A stretch of 64,000 nt of DNA from Octopus sinensis (GCF_006345805.1 NC_042997.1:179862001-179926000), one strand, 5' to 3'; shown: positions 38,436 through 54,229, counted from the stretch's first letter. The notes: generated by a model from the sequence alone, not told the origin. Numbers and translations: made by a program.

Positions 38436-39559
38436 TGGCACTGTGTCGAACTTTGAAACCAATATTAATAGTCATGTTGCATCATTAAAGCGAAAGGCCT
38501 AGTGATTATACACAGAACTTCTTAAATAGCATGATAATGATTTTTGCTTTAACTTTTTTCTGAAGATTAATTTTGTTATTTATGGGACTTGTAATTCGTA
38601 AAATCAAAATGTAAACACGATGATGGTCATGTGGTTTATTAAATACTAATTTACACACGCGTGCGCAAACGCACACACACACAAACATATAAATCACACC
38701 TCATTAGGCAATACTCATGTCTATAGTAAGTAAAATATGCAGTTGATCCCGGATCTTCCTTCCATTTTTAATTGAACATAAATCATAGGTTAGAAATAGC
38801 AACTGAACACTTCTATTATTGAAATAGCTGTCAAGCACTTTATTACCACTTACGATAGCAAAAGACTATTGTAAGTAGATATGACAAGTAAAATAATAAA
38901 TCTTTGTAAAGAAAACATGATGACCTTTGGGGCTTATATATATATATATGGTGAATCTTCTTTAGGCGCTTTCACTCCTTTCCAAAAAGAATGGTGTTCG
39001 TTGTTTAATTCAAAGTTGTTTGGGTGGAATTATGCTCAAAGATATACCAGCCGAGTCTTTTATTCTAACTTAAACTGTGCATGTGTAAAAATATATGATG
39101 CAAAATAATTCTTCCTTATTTTGAAGCATAAGTATATGTGTGAGATTGGTTTTTATTGCTATTTCGAATGATCGTGCAGCGAATCCAGCAATGGCTGTCC
39201 ATAGATAGATTTGTTAATATATGAATTTTCTTTCACTGACAGAGCAGCAGCTTAACTTAACTGGATGGATTGACTAAAATATCTTAGATTTGATCTTTTA
39301 AAAGCAGTTCTGTACAATGTAAATCCTATAATTTTTATATGGGTAGAAATATAAGGGCAGGTACAATCGACCAAATTACTTGAATATATTTTTAGTTGTA
39401 CCATTGTTGGTGAGAAGCATTTCTCATCCTGCAGGATCAGATAGTTTGGCGGAAACAGTCAAGATTAATCTGTGAAACTGGCGTTTAAACAACTGTAAAT
39501 TAATTAACTGCAGAAGCAGAAACAGCGGAAACAGAGATTTAAATCATTTATACATTCAT

Positions 39560-39980
39560 TAATTTATTTAACCACACAACGACACATTTATCCATCCGTT
39601 CATCGATAGATTCAATCATCCATCTACCAATTTATTCATTCATCTATCAGTCAATTGATGGAATGATGGAACTGATTGATTGTCTCATTCAATGACTTTT
39701 CCATTCTTTCCACCATTTATTATTTCTTCTGTCCATCCAATCTTCCTTCATTTAACCAGCCATTCCTTTACTTGCTTACTCACTACCTGTTTAGTCATTC
39801 ATCTTACAAATGCGTTCATTCATCTCTATAGAGAATTCGTCTATTCCTACATCTATTCAATCATTTATTTATCAACCGTCCATTCTGTCACCCTATCATT
39901 CATTCATCTCTTTATTCTGTCATTCAACCATTCTGTGACTTTTCCGTGCATACGTTCACTTATCCATTCATTCATCTGTA
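39560..39980. repeat. Degenerate (CATT/CATC)n low-complexity tract
   Basis: Recurrent attc/cattc/catcc units. Confidence 0.6.
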
Positions 39981-40153
39981 TTGTGTGGAAAACAGATTAT
40001 GTGTTGTAAAGCATAAAAGGAAAATAGAAAAACTCCTGTGCTTCCGGTCAGCTTCCGGACATTATCATGTCATTTCGTTTTTTTTTAACTTATCGACGCA
40101 AATGATTCTTGGACGGACATATCTGCACTAGTAGAAACACGTTATCCACTCCG

Positions 40154-40208
<55 letters not shown>

Positions 40209-40395
40209 CCTCAAATGTTCTTATAGGTAAAATTAGCTTCAAAAGTGGGATGTTCTAATGAAAGGTTGACGTACCATCAAACATTGAATTGCAATATTTT
40301 ATCAAAACAAAACAAGGTACAGTGATAAATCTATTTACAATTAATATTATATGATTTATAAAAATAAAATAGCAAAAACAACAACAACAACAACA

Positions 40396-40585
40396 TCCGG
40401 GTTGCGGATCCGTGGAACAAGCTGCCAGACGAGATGGTGAAGATGCCGACGACCGCTTTGTTCAAAGCCTCCCTGGACCTCAAGTGGCCTGAACTCTTTA
40501 CATGAACACCACCCTGTACTTAACTCCATGTCCCCCTACATGGCCTTGCTATTTGCTTTTGAGCCAAATTAACTAACTAACTAAC
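40396..40585 (+). mobile_element. CR1 3' end, second copy of the 24147 element
   Basis: Matches the reverse complement of ~24160-24348 with about 3 substitutions; (TAAC)n tail; inserted between (CAA)n and (TAA)n. Confidence 0.95.
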
Positions 40586-40633
<48 letters not shown>

Positions 40634-41170
40634 CCTTTCTTCTCTAGGCACAAGGCCTGAAATTTTGGGGGTAACTTCAAAGTATGTTTGTGCTCATGCG
40701 CGCGCAAAGACACTCACAAGACTCCCTCCAGTTGAAATAAAAACATTCGAAACCAACTAAGTTGGCTCACTCATAAAACAATTAATGTAAACCGCAAACT
40801 AATTGGTTAAAATAAAGGCGGGATTTATGCCAGTAATATCGGTTCGCCCGGCAAACTGTGACGTTTAAGCTGCTTGCGAATCGGTCAAAACCGTATTCGA
40901 AAAATTCAGCTTGCTGGAGCGTTCTAAGAGATACTACAGTTGTCAAGAACTCAACTGTCAGCAAAATACATTTTGAAATCTGATGATTACTAAGAAAGTA
41001 AAGATACATAGATATACTGTGTATAACCAGCCACTATGCACTCATTCATGTTAGCATGTAGATCAGATGATCAGGAAACTGATGAATACCGTCGAAATCA
41101 GTGAAAATCTAGTTTATATTCACAAATATCTATCTATTTATATCTCTCTTTTGTGTGTGAGTGTGTATAG

Positions 41171-41209
41171 GTAGACAGACAGACAGACAAACAGACAGAT
41201 AGATAGAGG

Positions 41210-41299
<90 letters not shown>

Positions 41300-41300
41300 C
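41171..41300. repeat. (GACA)n/(GATA)n microsatellite
   Basis: Direct reading. Confidence 0.95.
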
Positions 41301-42359
41301 GGATGGAGGTATAGCTACGTACATGTGCACACACAATCATGTGTAATGGTTAATAAATTTTATTTTAAAAAGAGGTTTATTTGTGGATTTAAATACAACA
41401 TGCCACATGTTTTATCAAGTATCTACCATCAGAAACTCTTTCGAAACGATTATTAAATGAACTTAGTCACTAGAAAACCATCTTACCAGAGGTGAATGCA
41501 CAAAATTAGCAAGGCATTCCGTTTGCAGAAAAGAATAGTGGTTGTTTATACAGAACACTGAAGAAATCACCTGGAAAACTGTATTACAAACGTAAATTCG
41601 TCTAACAATACACTGATTATTAGTGTGAACATAGTTACGAATATCGACTTAAAGCTGCTTGCGTATTCGTCGCATGAACAATTATTTAACAATGTATCCA
41701 ACGCTTACAATGAAGCATTCTGCCGAAGCCTTGGCAGGAAAATGTAAAATTCATTCACGATATGTTATTAACATGCTTGAAACGTCAGTTGGAACGTTTT
41801 AAAGGGTATAGCCTGCCATTTTACTTGCTGGTTTCTATCTCTGCATCCAAACCTTTGTCTTTGAAGTCTTACACAAACGTTATATTACCGACCCAACTAC
41901 CACAAGTTAATCAAAATATGCACATCTCATGCTGCATAGCATACAATTTTGAACAAATACTTCCTAATTCAAATTTTTCGTACATATTTATCCATCTAAT
42001 CCATCAGCACTATTCTATGTCTGATAATTGCTACTGTATCGATACAAATGCTTGTCTACTAAAACGAAACTGTATTCGAACAAACTTATTAATCTGTGCC
42101 ACGTTCAATACGATTTGCACAATTATTTGCTACGCAGTATTAACAATTAAGGTCTTTTAAAATGATATTTTTATATTTTCATTCTGTGAACTAATTACAA
42201 GAACAAATACTAAGGTTTATATAGTCATTAAAATAGATTGACTGCTTTATGATATAGTTGAGAACAACCAACAATTAGAATAGGCTCAGCTATAAGGGTG
42301 AGGTAATTGTATTCTCAATTGTTTTCTATAAACCCTTTTGCTCTTGAATATTGTTTGTT

Positions 42360-42580
42360 ACTTCTCGAGCCATGCCTGGCTCATAAGGACCGGTTTCCCG
42401 GTTTCCTTGGCGTATAGGTTCCCCACCTGGACGGGACGCCGGTCCGTCGCTGGTGAGCTGCAGGAGGAAAGAATGAGAGAAAGTTATGGCGAAAGAGTCA
42501 GCAGAAGTTCGCCTTTACCTTTACCTGTACTCCCTCGACCGCGAGTCCGCCGCTCTAACTACTGGGCTATGTGCCTCCAC
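42360..42580 (-). mobile_element. SINE, internally deleted (1097-1396 family)
   Basis: Reverse complement matches the head and tail of 1097-1396. Confidence 0.75.
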
Positions 42581-43910
42581 ACTCTTGAACATTACGTAAC
42601 CAATATATTCCCAATTCTTATTGCTTCACAGGGCTAAGCTTAAATTGCATGTAAGCTTTCAAGTAAGAGAATGCAGAAAAACTTTAACTGGTGTTGATAT
42701 ATACAGTTAATTATTTTATAAGGATGTTTATATAATAAAGAATTGATTTGTAAGATTACTTTGTCTTTGACGTTACAATAACTTTTGCAACAAGGGTTTC
42801 AATTTTTCATCTCTGTTTAATGTCGTGGCAGTTACCCTTACTGAATATGTAGTATAGTTTTGTTTAAAGAGTATTCAAGGTGCAGCTAGAAAAGAGATAG
42901 AGACATGTTGATTTCGAATTGATTCTAGCTGTATTACATTTAAAACTGATATTTTGATTTTATATTAGATTTCGGTATTTGGTTTTTTTTATTTATAGTT
43001 AATTTTAAAACAAAAAAAATATCAATATAACCATAGAATACAAAATTCTTAATTAAAACAAAAAAAGATTTTGTTCAGAGTTGCTATAAAATATGTGGGC
43101 GGTTTATTTTATCGTTTGATTAAGTATAATTCAGTTGCATCTGCAGTAAAAATTGTCTTGTGATCATTGATGTTAAAATAAGGACTTTACGCAGCGGGAG
43201 TATAGATTCTATCACCACAGTACAATTTTGTGCAAATTTCCTTAGAAATGATATTAAAACGTGAAGGCTGCTGGATACATCTTGTTTTATATCCATTTCA
43301 AATAGAGTAAAATAGGGGTGTGCGTGACATATCTCCTTGATAAATTCATGTGCATTCTTAATCGTATGAGATGTAACAAATTTGATGTGATTAGATTTCA
43401 AAACTTTAAAGCTGTCTTGTCGTTTCTTTTGGAAAGAATTACAAATAAATATATTTTTAATCTTACAAAACACATTCCATTCCCTTTGAAAGTTACAGTA
43501 GAATCTATAGAGAAAAGTATAATCCTTTTTAACACCAGAAATTGTTCTTACATTTATGCGCAATCGAGTTTATCGCATAAAGAGAAATTAGGTATTTGAC
43601 AATTTTCACGGAACTGGCCATATTAATTAGGAAACATTTTCGAGATAGACATCAAAGGAAATTGTATATATTGCACATTGTATGGAACTAGTTGTGGCAT
43701 CTTTTATTATTTTCCTCTTTATAAAAATATGAATATAAAATATGTTATCTATTCATATTTTACTAAAAGAAATTGATAATCGCCAAAATTCAGCATTATA
43801 TGATTCAGGATCTTATTGAGGATTGTAAAACTACATAAAATGTTGAAATATCTCTTTCACTCTTTCTTTCTTTCTCCCTCTTCTCTCTCTCTCTCTCTCA
43901 CTCTCTTTAA

Positions 43911-45183
43911 AACGAAGTGTTTTCAAAATGTTCCCGGAGTAGTTCTGTAGCGCACTAATAGTAGGCTTCACACGGTTGCGAGCTCTTCGAGAGCTAGCAG
44001 TTACCTTCATGAGGTAATATGCCGAGTGACATTGCTGCGTTTACTTAGAAAGTAGTGAACTTTGTGTTTTTGTTGTCACGTGTTGGCTGTAGGCTCCGAT
44101 TTTGTCATGGACAGGAACAGAGAGCAAACGTGAAATTTTGCTTTAAACTTGGGAAGTCTGTTACACAAATTTTGGGATTGCTTTAGCCAGCTTACAGCGA
44201 CGAGGCAATGTGTCATACGCACAGTTTCGAGCGGCATGTGCCCTTCAAAAGCAGAACAACATTCCTGCAAGACGATGAGCGATATGGAAGACCTAGCACG
44301 AGCATCACCCCGCGCAAATGTGTTCTTTTGCAGTGAGAATTTGATACCCAGGTCCAGACCGTCAATCGAGAGTTCTACTGCGACGTTTTGAAGCGTCTGA
44401 GGGAGAACATTCAGTGAAAGGACAGTCTGGTGGACATTCAGAGGAGCGCGAAGAATTGGACTCTTCACGACGATAATGCAGTTTGTCACCAAGCTCTCCT
44501 CATTCATGAGTTTCTTGCAAAAGACAACATGGTATCGCTTCCACACCAGATCTGCAGACTTCCCCTTCATCCCCAAGATGAAAATGCTGCAGAAGGATCA
44601 CCGTTTTAACACCGTTGTCTAGACCCAGAGCGAATCGCAGATTTCCAGGGCGGATTCCAAAAGTGTGAGGGACGCTGGGACCGGTGCATTGTTGCGCAAG
44701 GTGACTATTTTGAATGAGATGATATTAAAACTTAGGCGTAGGAGTGGATGTGTGGTAAGTAGCTTGCTTACAAACCACATGGTTCCGGGTTCAGTCCCAC
44801 TGCGTGGCACCTTGGGCAAATGTCTTCTACTATAGCCTCAGGCCGACCAAAGTTTTGTGAGTGGATATGGTAGACGGAAACTGAAGGAAGCCCGTCGTAT
44901 ATATGTATGTGTGTATAAGTTTGTGTCTGTTTTTGTCTTCCCAACATCGTTTAACAACCGATGCTGGTGTGTTTACGTCCCCGTCACTTATCGGTTCGGC
45001 AAAAAAACCCGATAGGCTTACAAAGCATCAGTCCTGGGGTCGATTTGCTCTACTAAAGGCGGTATTCCAGCATGGCCACAGTGAAATGACTGAAACAAGT
45101 AAAAGAGTAAAAGAGAGTAAGAGTAAATAAGTTACTTTATATTAAACAAGACCAGTCCTGGAACTTTTTGAGACCACCTCGTA
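43911..45183 (+). mobile_element. Internally deleted mariner transposon with nested SINE
   Basis: Degenerate TIRs (acgaagtgttttcaaaatgttcccggag vs ccagtcctggaactttttgagaccacctcgta). Transposase relics EQRANVKFCFKLGKS, FYCDVLKRLRENI, WTLHDDNA, FIPKMK. Confidence 0.85.
44734..45128 (+). mobile_element. Full-length tRNA-derived SINE with LINE-derived tail
   Basis: A/B boxes, CCTTGGGCAA core, tail GGCGGTATTCCAGCATGGCCACAG..CTGAAAC(AAGTAAAAG)n. Confidence 0.85.
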
Positions 45184-45634
45184 TGTATGTATGTATGTAT
45201 GTATGTATGTATGTATGTATGTATGTATGTATGTATGTATGTATGTATGTATGTATGTATGCATGCATGTATGTATGCATGTATTTATGCGTGTATGTAT
45301 GTTTGTATGTATGTATGCATGTATGTATGTCATCCTTTTTAAATGAGAAATAGCTCAATGCAAGTAAAATTCCCAATGATGTGAATTCAAATTTTCGCGT
45401 GAAAAATGCCCGTACTCGAGGGATTTAATATTACATTTATCTCATTTAGTAAAAGGAGCCACACAAAATACTGGACGGAGAGGAAATATATATGAAGATT
45501 TGATGAAGAAATAGTAGAAATAAAGAAGATGGTTACTTTGAGAGACAGAGATGCGATTCGGATGAAATTAGAAAAGGCCAAATCAATTACTCATTTTGAT
45601 GCATATTATGTTTGTATATGTAAGTGTGTGCCTG

Positions 45635-45699
<65 letters not shown>

Positions 45700-46039
45700 A
45701 GAAACACAGAGAGAGGGAAAGAGAGGAAGAGAAATTTTTAAAATTACAGGCGTTATAGGAAATGGGACTATAGGGAACATGTATTATTATGATAAAACAT
45801 TTAAGTAGCTCTCGTATATAGTTAATAAAATGGCCTTAATTGATACATTTTTTACGCGCGTCGTACAGTACAATATCACAAATTTACCCCCAGGCTATAT
45901 TGCTTTCCTCGTTTCGTTTGCTTAAATGCACGATTTGATATCTATGAAATGTAAAGAAAAAATATCTTTACTTTCACTCTTTTTTTAGATTTCCTCTTAG
46001 CCCAAAGCTGTGTATTTATTATCAGTGCTGTACCACGCC

Positions 46040-46720
46040 GCTATAAACATGAATGGCCCCTAACAATGACAGGGTCTTTTTCCTACCGACACTAACTCGT
46101 AAATCACTTATAGCTGATAGTAGGTATTCTTTACTTCACAAATTATGGAGAACAATTTTTCTTTATAAAGTTATTACAATTTTTCTTATATATACAATAA
46201 ATTGCATTTTCCTCTTTGTGAAACATAAAACATTTATAACAATGAGCTTCATCTCTCGGGTTAGATGTACACTTATCTCTACAACGGTTCATAACAAGGC
46301 CTTTTTATTATTTAAATTCATCACGAATTTGAATTTACTGATCGAATCTAACCGTTAAAATATCCCACACCATCCAACCCACCACCACTACTACCTCACT
46401 TTTCATGAATTATTGCATTCATACCCACCCCGAAGGGACTTTGGCGCAAAACGTTTGTCTTTTCATCATTTCCTCCCTCCGTTCAACCCTTCCATCTCTT
46501 CTATCTTCCTTCGCCATAAACAAGTCAACACTTCATAACTATCAGATTTTTTCCAGTTGCTTAGGTCATCCCCTTTAACAATATTTTACAAATGTAATCT
46601 CGTACTAATTTCAATATACACTGAAGAGTTTCTTCAGGGGAATAATCTTTGCATTGTAATTTCTCTTTATGAATAACAAATCTGTAACTGTTTTACATTT
46701 GTTGTGACGATTTCAGTTAA
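46040..46720 (+). mobile_element. Decayed Penelope-like 3' end
   Basis: RCTLISTTVHNKAFLLFKF resembles the PLE C-terminal RSELISKCRH.NKFLL. A downstream CTGAAGA at 46621 may be a decayed hammerhead. Confidence 0.4.
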
Positions 46721-49474
46721 AATTTTATTTCAGTTTTACTTATATTGTGATGTATAAAAGTTGCAGATGATAATAGTAGATACTTATTTTTGAACAAGCT
46801 CTTATTGAACGTTTATTGAAATTAAGAAATACCAAAAAATATGTAAAATCCCTCTCTAGTAAAATATAATATTTCTTTCTGAAAAAGATCAAGAAATGTT
46901 CTTGAAAGAGTAGAACGCTTCGTGAAAAGGATTAAGTGTAAATTCAATTTTATGAAAAAAATTCGACTCGAGCTACAAATAAGTGCAACTAAAGATTCAA
47001 TACAATAAAATGCCAGACGCCAAATATTTTACATCACTTTTTGTTGGCAAGTATTATATTCAGTATGTATACTAATCTTTTCCAAAATGAATTACAAAAC
47101 AAAATAAAACTGTGCAAGTATAGCCAGGATGTCACCGTTAATCTCCTAAGACTAAGAATCTATACAATGTTAATAAACAAGCCCAACTCCATTTCTTTCC
47201 TGCTACTATAACAAATACTTAGATAAATCGCATCAGGCTGTCGTAAATGTTTTTAACATTACTGCTGTGGAGATTGTCTCAATCATTAACTAAGATGATG
47301 ATATCGATGGCTCTATTAAGTGAATATTTTACTCTCAAATACTAAAAGAATAATTTTACTCACCAACTGTCTACACATTACTCAACGATATATACACAGA
47401 ATCATGCTAAGGTTACCTTGAGCATGGATAAGAAGGCTAACAATTATAGCCAAGTTCCATCCGATAGATTACCGCAGTTTAAGGCTATTAAGTTTCCCGT
47501 AAAAAGATTGGGTTATTTAAGTACAGGAATCCCAACTTATTCTTATAATATCAGGGACAACGAAATTGCTATATGCGAATGTAACTAGAGGAAAAATTAA
47601 AGGGGGAAACAATTCTGTTTAAATATTAAAGGATATAGCACTTTACCTGTCGTTGAATAGAAAAAAAAAAAGAAAACTGGAAACTGATTGTTGTCATTTG
47701 TAACTGTGATGCATCACACAGAGGCAGAGATAATTGTAAGTAATCAAATATTGATGATCCTGTATTTGTCTATATAGAACATGTATACGTACATTTATGA
47801 CAATATATATGCATATATGTACATATGTATATGCATATATATGTACACACACACACGCATACACGCACACACATATAAGCAAATTAGACAGAACAATATA
47901 AAAGGTATACTAAATACATGAAATACAAACATTGTATAAATGTATATAGGGTTCTGTACCACTGCGTGGCACCTTGGGCACGTGTCTTCTATAGCCACGT
48001 GCCGACCAAAGCCTTGTGAGTGGATTTGATAGACGAAAGCTTAAAGAAGCCTCTGTATTTTTCTCCACTCTTTCTCTCTCTGTCTCCCTTTCTTTTTCGT
48101 TCTCTCTCTCTCTCTCTGTAATCCCCTCTTTCCCTCTTACACTATCCTTTTCCACCCCTAATCTTACTCTCTCTTTTTCTATCCTTACTCTTTTCCGCCT
48201 TCCCTTGCTTCTCTTGCACCGTTCCTTTCTTTCTCTTTCTTACTCTGCTCCTTCGTTCACCCTCTCTCTGTCAATTCCCTTCTCTTTCTGATTCTGCTCA
48301 TTCGTTCTCTTTCTGTCTCTCTCTCTCTCTGTCGTCCCATTTTCCTCTCTTAACATTTCCTCTTCTATACTACGTGACCGGTCCCCAGAAAAAAACGGTG
48401 TCGTTCTTTTTTGCTCTATCTTTGACCAGACTGGTCACGCTCCTGCTACATCTGTTCTGTCCAGTAAACTTAGTCTATTTCATCATTGCGCAACCCCACT
48501 CAGTTCGTTCGACAGCTGCAAAGCTCTTTCAGTTGTATTTGTGGCATATGTTTAATTATTACTATTTGTTTCTTCGTTTGTAAATTGCCGTAAAGCTTCG
48601 TGCTGTTATATATGTCTCTTTTATTTATATAATGTCTTGCTTGTTTCTGTCTTACCACACATTTGCTAGCTTTATCCCAGTAGCTAAAAAAAGTACTGGC
48701 ACCTGCAAAATTGAGCAGTGTCAAAAGTAATTGGCGTGAAACTGCTATGATATTTTGTGTCTTTGACTGAAGAGGAAAATTCAGCTGCGTGTATAGTGTA
48801 TAGTGTCGTTGTCTAATTTCCTATCCGTTTAGTTTTCGTCTACTTTCCCGTTTAATTTGCTTTCGTCTAACTTTTCTCCTTGTTGTATTCTTTCTGTTTA
48901 ATGCCCATCGTTTGTTTATTCTATATGTGTGTGTATGTGGTGTGTTTGTGTGTGTATGTCTGTGTGTGTGTTTCTTTGTGTCTGTGTTTGTCCTCACACC
49001 ATGGCTTGACAATCGATGTTGGTGTGTTTATTTCTCCGTAACTTAGCAGTTCGGTAAAATGTTACAAAGTCCTGGGGTCGATTTCTTCGACTTAAAAAAC
49101 CCTTTAAGATGGTGTCTCAGCATGTCCGCAGTCAAAATGACTGAAACAAGCAAAAGAATAAAAGAAAGTAAAAGATTGTATACATATAAAATGGTCCAAT
49201 TACACAGAGTTCAAATGGTTTAGAAAATTAAATTTCTTCCACCTCTTTAGTTTTCTATATCATTTGTACTGTGTAAATTGAACCCTTTTATATCTATACA
49301 TATACACATTTTGTGAATTTCAAGCATTTAGAATATTTTTATCTTGATCTATCTAATATGCCTATCATCACATTTGCTTCTATACCCGTTCAAGTTTGAA
49401 TCTCTTCAGCCACCAAGTGTATTCTATACGTGGAGTATCTGAATCTCATCTATGAACTATATATATATACATAT

Positions 49475-49555
<81 letters not shown>

Positions 49556-49930
49556 ATACACACATATATATCACAATTTTAAAATGAGAAGAGCATAACA
49601 AACACTACAATTGTTTCGATGCATCATTATCACCTGATAATTGCTGTATGTTACCCATATTATAGTATTAATATCATTCAGCAGTAGGTGTTTACACGTG
49701 CATTTTCAGTTACTCTTAGTTTTGTGCATAGACATCATCTTTAGTTTCTCTTAGTTTTATACCTACACCATTATGTTATTTATGGCATTCCATCGACAAA
49801 GAACAGCTTGGAAATACCAAGATATATTAATGAGAAAAATCGCAAACGTATACTGACTGAAATAAAAAAACAAAGAAATCACTTATTCACTCCATCGAAT
49901 CTAAGAAGAATAAATGAATATCTTAAGATA

Positions 49931-50143
49931 TTAACCCTTTCGTTACTGTATTTATTTTGAGATGCTTTGTGTTTCTTTGAATTACTTTAAATATAATAAA
50001 CAATTTAGTAAAATAACTTAGGTACCATTCAGCTAGCTTTAGGAACATAAATTGTGACTAAGGTTTGGTGTAAGAATTTGATTGAAAACTTATGTAAACA
50101 AGACATTTGTACTCAGAGCCAGAGCCGGTTTCAGCCGGGTTAA
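49931..50143. mobile_element. piggyBac-like MITE
   Basis: TTAA-CCC...GGG-TTAA boundaries, ~205 bp, no ORF. Confidence 0.6.
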
Positions 50144-51404
50144 ATTTAAACAATTACTTGTCTTTTGTGTCCGTTACTGTTCCACTTCAAAGGAAATCGG
50201 TGGCATATTATCACTTCCTTGGTACAGCAGGAAACCAAAACTGTCGGATTACAGACTTTAATTTGGCTGCATAGCATTGCTATCATAGGTTTTGTCATAG
50301 TTGCTTTAGAAGTTATTAAGAGTAGTTATTAAACATAGAAGAACCATCTGCGCACAATTCCAGTCCTTGCTGTGATGAAGTAAAAGTATACAAAACTTAT
50401 TCTGGTAAATGGTAGGAAAATAATATATGTTTTCAGCAATTTTTGGTCATTGAGCTTGTTGTAATTCATCGTATGATGATTAAATACAATACGCACAATG
50501 AACAAACATGACTGCAAACACTCGATTGTCTAAAACAAAAACTTACCACCTTCAGAAAATAGATTAATTATGTGCAGCATTAGAGAAAAATGGTGAACTA
50601 AAGCAATACGCTTTTGAAAACAACTCGTTAAAATTCTGTAGTATAAAATGCAGTAGCAACACAGAAATTCATAAAATAGAAATGGATCTTCGTCGTTCGA
50701 AAATTGGAATACATTTGTTCAATTAACTGAATAACCTGTTATTCAATTAACTTATTAGTAATTATTTTTGAGTAACAGGAATTTTTCAGCTGACAGTTTT
50801 CTGTAGAATTTCCATCAGCCCAATCTCCTTCAGAAGGGTCAAAATTAAGGTTATAAGTATAAAATTCTATAAAGATGGTACGCATTGGAATCGAACTCCA
50901 TACCTTTTTCTTGCAAAGCCGATTTTGCAATCATTCGGCCATATTGCACCTACAGAAGTTGATAATACATGCACTCGAAAAACAGTAATATTTAGGAATT
51001 ACTCTACATTGTATACTAATCTGGACTCGAAAGAAGAAAGAAGGTATATTAGGCGTTATTTATGTAGTGTTTAGTAAAGTTTGTACTAGTATTTTCTTTA
51101 TCCAACAGTAGATATAATACTTTCTTATTTAAATAACAGTAGACTAAAAGACATGTTAAGTTCTATGAATGATAAAGTATAAATATATATATATAATTAA
51201 TATAGATGGCAGTGTGCAGTGTTTTACTAAATATGACTAGGGTGTTAGAAACATCTGTATTGCTATAAATAAGATCTGAAATGCTCTAATGTATTCAAAA
51301 CACATAATTGTATATATACTGACAGGGACTATAAACGCCCGAAAACACCAATCGAGAATTATTTAAGCTGACCGGTCAGCTTCGGGAATTTCCGTTGCCT
51401 CATC

Positions 51405-51736
51405 ATCAGCGGTTAGAGCAGTGGACTCGCAGTCATAGGATCGTAGTTTCGATTTCCAGACCGGTCGTTGTGAGTGTTTATTGAGTGAAAACACCTAAAT
51501 CTCCACGAGGCTCTAGCAGTGGATGGTGGTGATTCCTGCTGTAACTTTCTCTCACTCTTTCTTCCTGTTACTATTGTACCTGTATTTCAAAGGGCCAGCT
51601 TGTCACAGTGTGTGTCGCGCTGAATCTCCACGAGTTTGAGGAGTGCTCAGCCACTTGCGTGTTAATTACACGAGCAGGCTGTTCCGTTGATCGGATTAAC
51701 TGGAACCCTCATCGTCGTAATCGACGGAGTACCAAG
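51405..51736 (+). mobile_element. tRNA-derived SINE (head shared with 1097/9564 family, different tail)
   Basis: ggttagagcagtggactcgc...gtttattgagtgaaaacacctaa head; tail ...ggaaccctcatcgtcgtaatcgacggagt. Confidence 0.7.
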
Positions 51737-52654
51737 ATTATTATGTACAATGTCACTTCCGTTAAACAGTAAATTTTAACTTACACTCAGTTTATAAACG
51801 GTCTTTTGACAGTGTAATAATTTTAAATGAAAAAAACTGTCTTTGCTTTCTTTACTTTCTTCAAAACCCATAGATGCAATGCTACATATATAATGAACAT
51901 TATTATTACGATTTTTGTTTGTTTTAATTAGTTTTACATTATATGCGTGTGTGTGTGTATGTGTGTGCGTGTGCGTGCGTGCGTGGGTGCGTGTGTGTGC
52001 TTAGGTGAAAATATTGGTTCAAGTTATATTTTCTATAATTACAGTTAAAGGCGTAGGTGATACACGTCGGATAGTTAAAACAATATGATATTCCGCCGGT
52101 TTACGTTTTGTGAATTGTAATTATGTTTATACGCTTTAAGTATATTAGTATTTTCGTTAAGATTTGTGCTTCAGTCAAATCTTATATTATCTCTGTGATT
52201 TTCTGTGGAAATATTGGTTTATGTATAGTTTCTACAATTAAGGTTTATATTTCATAGATACATTAGTTTCTTCCCATTTCGTGTTATATTGATACGACTG
52301 AAGCCTGCGAGTCAAGGTGATATGATATTCTGTTAGTTTCCGTCATATGTAAAGTTATTTAGTATCTGATACAAACTACTGCAGATACATACAATCAGGT
52401 AGAAATATCGGTCATATATCATGTCTAGTACAGCTTACACTCCTCAGAAAACAGTTTTTCAGAAAAGAAAAGCACTGTCAGTGATAGAACTCTTTTAGTC
52501 ATAGATATGCTTGAGCCAGACGGGGCTGTGGTTATACTACTACAATAGAAAATAATACATTTCATCCATAATTCGGATATGAAATGAAATTAGCTGTTTC
52601 TAAATATATTAACTAACCATACAACTTTTATCTTTTGCATTTAACAATAGAGTA

Positions 52655-52691
<37 letters not shown>

Positions 52692-53160
52692 GATGTATCA
52701 GCAAAATTTAAAGGTAGCAGCTTGTCCCAACCGTTTTCCATCTATTGAGACGCAGACGACCGAAATGCTAACTGTATCAATTATTCCGGCTTATCAATAA
52801 TGATAATAATTTCTAACATTAACGTTGAGTCACACATTTTGCAAAACCGATATGTTGAAAAAAATATATCGTAAAGCTATGTTTTCGATATTTCGGAAGA
52901 AACCACTTGCTTTTCTTCTCTGTTTGCAAAAATTTCCCTATCGCCAGCAAACATCAGCTTAGTGATATAACCACGTTGGCCATAGTGTCTGCTATGTACG
53001 AAGCTGAACACTTCCATCATTATCGCAACCACAACTAATTTGATATTTTGAAGAACCTTGTCTGACGCCTGTTCATTGAAAACAATACAAGCTGAATGTG
53101 ATGTCTGTATTTATTTTGGTGTTTAAGCTTTTGTTTACAAAGCATACGCATAAACGCGCA

Positions 53161-53213
<53 letters not shown>

Positions 53214-54229
53214 CTATGTTCTTATGTATCATATAATAGAGTGCGTGTGTATGTGTGTGTATGTGTGTGTATGTGTGTATACACCACAAACACAAACATA
53301 CATATATTCACATACTAACGTATATATCAGTGTGTGTGTGCTTGTGAGATTTTGTAAGCTATGTATACATTTTGAAAAACTAAAGCCTAAACATTAAAAT
53401 AAACACAGACACAGTAGAGATAGCTATTTTGTTTTGTTCGACTTATCTTGACTAGACACTTTTGGTAAAGTAAAACACCAAAACAAATATTAATGTCAAA
53501 TGAATAATATCGCTGTACTTTATCTCAGCTATATGCGTCTCTCTCTCATTCTACGTCTATATGTTTCTCACTGTCTTTCTCTGTCTCTCCCTCGCTCTCT
53601 GTCTTCCTCTCACTCTTCCTTCCTCACGCACAACACTTTCTGTAGCTTTGAGAACCTCTGTTTTCTACTATTTCTTTCTCCATTCCTTTTCCTCTCACTT
53701 TCACACTATTTTTGCTTTCTCTCCTTTTCTCTTCTGATTACCTCCTTCCTCATTTTTTCCCTGTCATTATGTTATTATGTTTATGAAATTCAAACCACCC
53801 TCTCCTGTACAGACACACACACACATATACATATATGTACTTACATAAATACACTCACACACGCACACACACACATGTACAATACATTCACTCATTAACG
53901 CATTTATAGATATTCATCTATCTCATTCATAAACACTAACCGCGGTTCATGCATGCACACTGTGTCTCTGTCTCTGTCTCTCTCTCTCTCTCACACACGC
54001 GCGCGCACATACACACTCACACACACACGCACACACACACACACATATATATATATCTATATTATCGTTTGTTTCAGTTATTAGACTGCGTCAATGCTGG
54101 AGTATTGCCTTCAAGAATTTGTAGTCGAATGTATGGAATCCAGTACATCTTTATAAGCCTTGTACGTAGTCTATCGAACTCTTTTGCTAAACCTCTAAAC
54201 TACGGCTGTCGAGCGGCGGAGGGGAAACA

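Noticed and set aside
46612-46690. CTGAAGA-containing hammerhead candidate
   Set aside because: No intact GAAA box or convincing stems; at most a decayed relic.
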